Source: Patescibacteria group bacterium (GTDB taxonomy: Bacteria > Patescibacteriota > Patescibacteriia > 2-01-FULL-39-33). Taken from it: a stretch of DNA of 32,000 bases. The notes under the pieces are model-generated. The model was not told the origin of the DNA. It made no database searches and saw nothing but the letters and a program-made list of their open reading frames with translations. Shown here in pieces: positions 26,290 through 32,000 of this stretch. Position 1 is the stretch's first letter; every line of letters begins with the position of its first letter. The stretch lies in NCBI GenBank assembly GCA_041649575.1, contig JBAZMW010000003.1, forward strand, positions 120,001 to 152,000, read 5' to 3'. Made by a program: the position numbers and the translations under genes.

Positions 26290-26905
26290 TAGAAGGAGGA
26301 TGCTCGCCGAAGCGAGAGTCAGCCACCAGCTGGGGTCGACTATTGGTGGGTGTTCCATCCTCCAACCAGTAACGGATCCCGGCAGTTTTCCCGGAAATCC
26401 TGCCCCAAACAAAGATGCGGCAAGGGAGGAGCGTCGTGGGGTTGCCCGTGGGTGGCTTCACGGGGACCGCCAGGAGCACACCTCCCTTGCCCGACCCGAC
26501 CGATGATGTCCTCAGCGAGAGTGAGATCCTGCTACCCGACAGGGGGAGGGCGGCAGAAACAATCATCCGATCGGTGGAACTGGCCAGGGCAAACAGTATT
26601 TCCGTTCGTGGAGAGCGCGCTGGGTGCTCTACTGATACGGAGAATGTTGCCCTGTTAATGGCTTTAAAGGAGGACGGAGCTGGGCTTGGGCGGCCCAGTA
26701 AGGCTACTACCGACATTGGGTGAAACCAGCTGGTCATTGGCGCCGGTAAACCTCTCCGTCCACAAGAACACTGATAACGGCCACAATTCTGTCCACTAGT
26801 ATATGGCTCCATCCATAAGGATAGAAACATAATTTGCGATGAACAACTGTTAGGAGGGAAACAGCTATCCACCAACTAGCAGACAGAATTATGGCCGTTA
26901 ATGAT
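26290..26905 (-). ncRNA. Candidate large, multi-domain structured non-coding RNA (large ornate type) adjacent to tRNAs
   Basis: Seven consecutive non-overlapping long-range helices: 26295-26302/26356-26363; 26381-26385/26400-26404; 26419-26429/26481-26491 (11 bp perfect); 26499-26508/26564-26575; 26585-26592/26647-26654; 26672-26679/26754-26761; 26775-26793/26882-26900 (19 bp). Most enclose further nested hairpins. Strand assigned from a G-U vs C-A asymmetry, a C(UUCG)G loop and a minus-strand promoter. Confidence 0.75.
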
Positions 26906-26940
26906 TATCAAAGAACTTTACAGGATTCAGACAATATTTT

Positions 26941-26968
26941 ATTTTATCATCTTAAATAAAAAAGTCAA
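26941..26968 (-). promoter_or_regulatory. Predicted sigma70-like promoter of the ncRNA-tRNA transcription unit
   Basis: Minus strand TTGACT (26968-26963), 16-nt spacer, TAAAAT (26946-26941). Confidence 0.6.
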
Positions 26969-27017
26969 GGGTATAAAATAAATGATTATTTTTTTAGCTA
27001 AATTTAAATAAAAAATT

Positions 27018-28130
27018 GTGAGTGATAATAAACACGAAAAAGATCGAGAGTTAAAATACTGGCTGGCGCTAGCTCAAATCAAAAAAATCGGTCCGGTAAG
27101 CTTTAAAAAAATAATCGATTATTTTGCCTTAGGAGAAAACGCCTGGCGAGCCAATCTGGCAGACTTGTTGACGGCTGGTTTGGATAAAAAGCTGGCTGAA
27201 GAAGTTGTTGTTGAAAGGAGCCAAATCAATCCCGATGCCGTCTGGGAAAAAGTCAGCCAAAGCGGAGTCGGTTTTATTTTTATCCAAGACAAAAATTATC
27301 CGCAACTCTTAAAAGAAATATACAATCCGCCGGCACTGTTGTTTTTCCGCGGCTCGCCGGAAGCCATAAATAATTTTTGCTTGGCGGTGGTAGGCACGCG
27401 GAAATATTCGCCTTACGGCCAACAAGCTACCGAAGAAATCGCCGGCCAACTGGCCAGAGAACACCTGACAATAGTTTCCGGTTTGGCTTTGGGCATCGAC
27501 GCCCTGGCCCATGAGGCGGCGCTAAAGAATAACGGCCTGACCGTGGCGGTTCTGGGAGCGGCGGTGGAAGAAAAAAGTATCTACCCGGCAGAAAACAGAC
27601 GACTAGCCGAAAGAATTGTCGCTAGTGGCGGCGCTCTGATCTCCGAGTACCCGCCCGGCACCCAACCGGCTAAATTCACTTTTCCTATGCGCAACCGGAT
27701 AATCTCCGGCTTGTCCAGAGGTGTGGTGGTGGTGGAAGCGCCGGAAAACTCCGGGGCGCTGATTACCGCCAAATACGCCTTGGAACAAAACCGTGAAGTT
27801 TTTGCCATACCGGGCAGTATTTATAGTAATAATTCTCAAGGCACCAATAATCTGATAAAGCTCGGCGCTAAAATGGTCACCCGGGCCGACGATGTTTTAG
27901 AAGAACTAAACTTGCAACAAGTGGCCAGATTTATGGAGAACAAAAAAATCTTGCCAGCCAATTCGGAGGAAGAATTGATTTTGAAAGCCTTGTCCAAAGA
28001 GCCGACCCATGTTGACAAAATCGCCAAAATCAGTAAACTAAAAATTAATGTGCTCTCGGGGCTGCTGACACTAATGGAAATGAAAGGATCGATCAAAGAC
28101 CTGGGAGGAAAAAATTATATTTTAAGATAA
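27018..28130 (+). CDS. dprA: DNA processing protein DprA/Smf
   Basis: 370 aa, GTG start; LAVVGTRKYSPYGQQATEEIAGQLAREHLTIVSGLALGIDALAHEAAL...VAVLGAAVE...GGALISEYPPGTQPAKFTFPMRNRIISGLSRGVVVVEAPENSGALITAKYALEQNREVFAIPGSI. Confidence 0.96.
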   Translation: MSDNKHEKDRELKYWLALAQIKKIGPVSFKKIIDYFALGENAWRANLADLLTAGLDKKLAEEVVVERSQINPDAVWEKVSQSGVGFIFIQDKNYPQLLKEIYNPPALLFFRGSPEAINNFCLAVVGTRKYSPYGQQATEEIAGQLAREHLTIVSGLALGIDALAHEAALKNNGLTVAVLGAAVEEKSIYPAENRRLAERIVASGGALISEYPPGTQPAKFTFPMRNRIISGLSRGVVVVEAPENSGALITAKYALEQNREVFAIPGSIYSNNSQGTNNLIKLGAKMVTRADDVLEELNLQQVARFMENKKILPANSEEELILKALSKEPTHVDKIAKISKLKINVLSGLLTLMEMKGSIKDLGGKNYILR

Positions 28131-28143
28131 TCCCATCACCATA

Positions 28144-30345
28144 ATGAAAAGCCTGGTAATCGTCGAATCGCCGACTAAAGCCAAAACCATTTCCAAATTT
28201 TTGACCAAAGACTTCCAAATAGAATCGTCTTTTGGCCATGTTCGTGATTTGCCGGAAAAAGAATTGGGGGTGGAAGTAAAAAATAATTTTGAACCTAAAT
28301 ACGTGATTTCCCCGCGCGCCAAAAAAAGAGTGACCGAATTAAAAAATTTGGCGGAAAAAGCCGATTTGATTTATTTTGCTACTGACGAAGATCGCGAAGG
28401 CGAGGCCATTTCTTGGCATTTGGCGCAGATCTTTAAAACACCGACCGATCAGGTAAAACGCATCACCTTTCACGAAATTACCGAGGAAGCAGTCAAAGAA
28501 AGCCTGAAACATCCCCGAACCATCGACCTTAATCTGGTCGACGCTCAACAAGCCCGACGCGTCCTTGACCGCTTGGTAGGTTATGAGCTTTCGCCTTTCT
28601 TATGGAAAAAAGTGGCCAAAGGGCTATCGGCCGGCCGCGTTCAGTCGGTAGCCGTCCGTCTGGTGGTAGAAAGAGAAAGAGAAATTAAAAACTTTAAAAT
28701 TCAGGAATACTGGGAAATTTTTGGAGAATTTAAAACCCTTAAAGCGCCGGACAAACTAAAGGCTAAATTGCAAAAAATTGACGGCCGGGTGCTGGAAAAG
28801 ATGGCCATAACATCGGAAAAACAAGCCGCTGATTTGACCGCCGCCTTAAAGCCGCTCCAATACTACGTGGCCGATAATCAAAAAAAACAAACCAAAAAAA
28901 ATCCCCTGCCACCCTTTACCACCTCCACTTTGCAACAAGAGGCCAATCGTCGACTGGGCTACAGCGCCAAACAAACCATGATGCTGGCCCAACAGCTTTA
29001 CGAGGGAGTGGAAATAACTGGCGAAGCCACCGGACTAATAACCTACATGCGCACCGACTCACTTAACCTGTCGGAAAAATTTCTGCAGGAAGCGGCGCAA
29101 TATCTTGATAAAAATTTAGGAAAAAATTACTTAGAAACCAAAACTTTCAAAACCAAAAGCAAAGGCGCTCAGGAAGCGCACGAGGCAATCCGGCCGACTT
29201 CCGCTTCTAGGTCGCCGGAAGAGATAAAAGCTTCTTTGGATCCAAAACAATTCAAGCTCTACCAGCTTATCTGGCAGAGAGCGCTGGCCAGCCAGATGCC
29301 GCCGGCGATTCTGGAGGCCACGGTCATCGACATCAACAGCCAGAATAATAAATATACTTTCAGGGCGACCGGCCAAACTATAAAATTTGATGGTTTTCTA
29401 AAAATTTATCCCTCGCCGACCAAAGACGAGCTGCTGCCAACCGTCTCTTTAAAGGAAGAGATGTCTTGCTTAAAAATAGAACCGGAACAAAAGTTCACCC
29501 AACCGCCCGCCCGCTATAACGATGCTACGCTGGTTAAAGCGCTGGAAGAAAAAGGCATCGGCCGACCTTCTACCTATGCTCCAACCATCGCCACTATTAT
29601 CGAAAGGGGCTACGTTGAAAGAAACCAAGACAAAAGATTACAACCTAAAGAAATCGCTTTTTTGGTTAATGATATTTTGGTAGAACACTTCAAAGACATC
29701 GTCGACTATGATTTCACGGCCAAAATGGAAACGGATCTGGACGAAATCGCTGAAGGCCAAAAAGAGTGGCAGCCGGTCATTAAAGAATTTTACGAACCCT
29801 TTAAGGAAAATCTGGTTTTAAAAAATCAAGAATTAACCAAAAAAGAATTAACCGAGGAAAGCAGCGACGAGATCTGCGAAAAATGCGGTTCGCCGATGGT
29901 GATAAAATTGGGGCGTTATGGAAAATTTCTGGCCTGCTCCAATTACCCGAAATGCAAAAATACCAAAAAATTAAAGAGTGATGACAAGGCAGCCAAGTCC
30001 GAGCCACAAATCCTGGAAGAAACTTGCCTGGATTGCGGCGCTAAACTAGTCTTGCGCCAAGGACGCTATGGCAGCTTCAAAGGCTGCTCACAATATCCAA
30101 AATGCAAATACATCAAAAAGGAGCAAGCCGAGGATTTAAATCTAACTTGCCCGGCTTGTCATGAAGGGAAAATCGTCGCCAAACGCAGCCGTAAGGGAGT
30201 TTTTTATGCCTGCGACCGCTATCCTGATTGCCAGACCGCCTTCTGGGGCAAACCTAAGGACGAGAAGTGCTCCAGCTGCGGTTGGCCGCTAGTGGACAGT
30301 AAGAATGGAGTTAAGTGTTCCAACAAAGAATGCCAGAACTCTTAA
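28144..30345 (+). CDS. topA: DNA topoisomerase I
   Basis: 733 aa; SLVIVESPTKAKTISKFL, YFATDEDREGEAISWHL, GLITYMRTDSLNLSE, and C-terminal zinc-binding modules (CEKCGSPMVIKLGRYGKFLACSNYPKC etc.). Confidence 0.97.
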   Translation: MKSLVIVESPTKAKTISKFLTKDFQIESSFGHVRDLPEKELGVEVKNNFEPKYVISPRAKKRVTELKNLAEKADLIYFATDEDREGEAISWHLAQIFKTPTDQVKRITFHEITEEAVKESLKHPRTIDLNLVDAQQARRVLDRLVGYELSPFLWKKVAKGLSAGRVQSVAVRLVVEREREIKNFKIQEYWEIFGEFKTLKAPDKLKAKLQKIDGRVLEKMAITSEKQAADLTAALKPLQYYVADNQKKQTKKNPLPPFTTSTLQQEANRRLGYSAKQTMMLAQQLYEGVEITGEATGLITYMRTDSLNLSEKFLQEAAQYLDKNLGKNYLETKTFKTKSKGAQEAHEAIRPTSASRSPEEIKASLDPKQFKLYQLIWQRALASQMPPAILEATVIDINSQNNKYTFRATGQTIKFDGFLKIYPSPTKDELLPTVSLKEEMSCLKIEPEQKFTQPPARYNDATLVKALEEKGIGRPSTYAPTIATIIERGYVERNQDKRLQPKEIAFLVNDILVEHFKDIVDYDFTAKMETDLDEIAEGQKEWQPVIKEFYEPFKENLVLKNQELTKKELTEESSDEICEKCGSPMVIKLGRYGKFLACSNYPKCKNTKKLKSDDKAAKSEPQILEETCLDCGAKLVLRQGRYGSFKGCSQYPKCKYIKKEQAEDLNLTCPACHEGKIVAKRSRKGVFYACDRYPDCQTAFWGKPKDEKCSSCGWPLVDSKNGVKCSNKECQNS

Positions 30346-30354
30346 GAAGCTTCT

Positions 30355-30381
30355 CCCCCTGCCGATTGGCAGGGGGTTTTT
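30355..30381 (+). terminator. Rho-independent terminator downstream of topA
   Basis: CCCCCTGCC-GATT-GGCAGGGGG followed by TTTTT. Confidence 0.85.
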
Positions 30382-30408
30382 GCTTAAAAAGAAGGTTTGA
30401 ATTATAAT
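30380..30408 (+). promoter_or_regulatory. Predicted promoter for the RelA/SpoT homolog
   Basis: TTGCTT (30380-30385), 17-nt spacer, TATAAT (30403-30408), abutting the topA terminator. Confidence 0.6.
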
Positions 30409-30432
30409 ACAAAAACAGAAATTGTATTATTT

Positions 30433-31890
30433 ATGAACCGGGCGGAAAACGAATTTAATCAGTGGCTAGAGACTTTACAAAAGAGCTATTCGCCAAGCGA
30501 ATTAGAATTATTAAGTTTGGCGTATGATTTTGCCCAAGAAGCTCACCGGGGGCAAAAACGCGCTTCCGGAGAAGATTATATTATTCATTGTCTAGCCACA
30601 GCGCAAAAATTAGCTGAAATGAATCTGGATTTGTCTACCATTATCGCCGGTCTGCTTCATGACATACCGGAGGATACCAAGCTGACTCTTCAAGATATCG
30701 AAAAAAATTTCGGAGCCGAGATTGCCAGACTGGTTGAAGGTATTACCAAGCTTGGCAAAATAAAATACCGCGGCCTGGAACGCTACGCGGAAAACCTGCG
30801 CAAAATGTTTGTAGCCATGAGCGATGATATTAGAGTAATCCTGATCAAATTCGCCGACAGATTGCATAATCTGAAAACTCTAGAAGCGCTGGCTCCAGAA
30901 AAACAGCTACGCATTGCCAAGGAAACCCTGGAAATCTACGCGCCGATTGCCGATCGATTGAGCATGGGAAAAATAAAAGGAGAACTGGAGGACTTGGCCT
31001 TTAAGTATGTGTACCCCGATGATTATAATTGGATCAGCCAGACTATCCCCAAAGAATACAAAACCAAAGAAACGCGTCTGCAAGAAGTCAAGGAACGGAC
31101 GAGAAAGAAACTGGCGGAACACGAAATTATTTCTGCAGAAATATCAATACAAGGCCGCACCAAACACCTTTACAGCCTTTATCGCAAACTGCTTAAACCG
31201 CATATCAACAAAGACCTGTCCAAAGTTTACGATTTACTGGCCTTGCGCATTATCGTGCCGACCATTTCCGATTGTTATTCGGCTCTAGGAATAGTCCATA
31301 GTCTTTACAGGCCGCTAGTTGGCAGGATAAAAGATTATATTGCCCAACCCAAGCCCAACGGCTACCGCTCACTACATACCACTGTCTTTACCGCCGATGG
31401 AGAAATTGTTGAGTTTCAAATTCGCACCAAGGAAATGCATGAAGAAGCGGAGTTTGGCGTGGCTGCCCATTGGCGCTATAAAGAAAATGGCGGTAAAATT
31501 AATGTTCAAAACATCAAATGGCTGGAAGAGTTGATTAAGTGGCAAAAACAAATCAAAGACGACGAGCAATTTTTACAAACCGTTAAATTTGACATCTTTC
31601 AAAATCGCATTTTCGTCTTCACGCCCAAAGGCGATGTTATTGATTTACCCGAAGGGGCCACGCCAATTGATTTTGCCTATCACCTGCATTCTTGGCTAGG
31701 TAACAAATGCGTTGGCGCCAGAATTAACGATCAAATGGTCAACCTGGGAGCCACTTTAAAAAGCGGGGACATTGTAGAGATAATTACCGACAAAAATCGT
31801 AAAGGCCCCAGCCCGGATTGGCTGGAAACAGTGAAAACCTCCATGGCCAGAAATAAAATACGCTCAGCTTTGAATAAAATTAAAAACTAA
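30433..31890 (+). CDS. RelA/SpoT family (p)ppGpp synthetase/hydrolase, short form
   Basis: HD domain AHRGQKRASGEDYIIHCLATAQ...IAGLLHDIPEDT, synthetase domain YDLLALRIIVPTISDCYSALGIVHSLYRPLVGRIKDYIAQPKPNGYRSLHTTVF...EFQIRT..MHEEAEFGVAAHW, TGS domain; ends right after TGS. The supplied ORF start (30397, TTG) lies across the predicted -10, so ATG 30433 is preferred. Confidence 0.94.
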   Translation: MNRAENEFNQWLETLQKSYSPSELELLSLAYDFAQEAHRGQKRASGEDYIIHCLATAQKLAEMNLDLSTIIAGLLHDIPEDTKLTLQDIEKNFGAEIARLVEGITKLGKIKYRGLERYAENLRKMFVAMSDDIRVILIKFADRLHNLKTLEALAPEKQLRIAKETLEIYAPIADRLSMGKIKGELEDLAFKYVYPDDYNWISQTIPKEYKTKETRLQEVKERTRKKLAEHEIISAEISIQGRTKHLYSLYRKLLKPHINKDLSKVYDLLALRIIVPTISDCYSALGIVHSLYRPLVGRIKDYIAQPKPNGYRSLHTTVFTADGEIVEFQIRTKEMHEEAEFGVAAHWRYKENGGKINVQNIKWLEELIKWQKQIKDDEQFLQTVKFDIFQNRIFVFTPKGDVIDLPEGATPIDFAYHLHSWLGNKCVGARINDQMVNLGATLKSGDIVEIITDKNRKGPSPDWLETVKTSMARNKIRSALNKIKN

Positions 31891-31892
31891 AA

Positions 31893-31920
31893 AGCCCGCT
31901 GTCGAGGCGGGCTTTTAAAA
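31893..31920 (+). terminator. Terminator hairpin between convergent genes
   Basis: AGCCCGC-TGTCGAG-GCGGGCTTTTAAAA; A-tract upstream on the other side suggests it may work in both directions. Confidence 0.8.
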
Positions 31921-31926
31921 AAGGAG

Positions 31927-32000
31927 TTAAATAATTTTTCCTAAAATATCGCTTAGTTCTTCCTCGGAAAAAAACCGAACTATAATCTGTCCCTGCCCGC
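31927..32000 (-). CDS. parB: C-terminus of a probable ParB-family protein (partial)
   Basis: Reverse-strand in-frame end ...GQGQIIVRFFSEEELSDILGKII*, resembling the ParB C-terminal tail (G-x-I-x-I-x-[FY]-x-S-E-E-[ED]-L-x-x-I-L). Confidence 0.55.
   Translation of the reverse strand, partial: GQGQIIVRFFSEEELSDILGKII

Noticed and set aside
26300-26723. Three overlapping plus-strand ORFs (68, 102 and 102 aa)
   Set aside because: Low-complexity basic peptides in several frames of a GC-rich structured region, no recognisable domain, antisense to the predicted ncRNA.
26183-26875. 230-aa minus-strand ORF
   Set aside because: Its C-terminus GSSVVERVAVNHQVGGSNPPRE is the translated tRNA-Asn sequence, a classic spurious ORF signature; the rest overlaps the helix-rich ncRNA.
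26290-26905. RNase P RNA or tmRNA as the identity of the structured region
   Set aside because: I did not find the RNase P GAGGAAAGUCC-like conserved region, or a tmRNA-like GGGG... 5' end with a tag ORF. The serial-domain layout also differs. Only a covariance search can fully exclude them.
1-32000. CRISPR array, transposase, integrase, toxin-antitoxin or rRNA genes
   Set aside because: No regularly spaced direct repeats, no recognisable mobile-element proteins and no rRNA motifs were seen, so the 'mobile' interpretation of the tRNA/ncRNA unit remains speculative.

Overview
Chromosomal window that looks like a Candidate Phyla Radiation / Patescibacteria genome (inference from gene set and protein style). 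Minus-strand block: lepB - hisS - rpsU - yqeY - 1077-aa pilin-headed protein - 3297-aa pilin-headed giant Cys-rich protein - two membrane-anchored Asp-rich (TSP3-like) proteins - ybeY - ftsA - ftsZ (partial). Plus-strand genes: LytR-CpsA-Psr protein, der, pth, dprA, topA, RelA/SpoT homolog. A divergent protein-kinase-like gene and the C-terminus of a probable parB are on the minus strand. The two most notable items are: (1) a tandem pair of surface proteins built on the same two-TM T4SS-pilin-like module, one followed by a ~3150-aa ectodomain (Ig-like, DUF4215-like Cys repeats, LamG-like domain, C-terminal pseudopilin-like segment); (2) a GC-rich ~0.6-kb non-coding region (about 26290-26905) tiled by seven consecutive helical domains, with its own sigma70-like promoter, directly upstream of three minus-strand tRNA-like genes, two of them irregular. 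Item 2 looks like a tRNA-linked 'large ornate' structured RNA (compare GOLLD/ROOL classes) and is the best candidate for something undescribed. No CRISPR array, rRNA or transposase was seen.
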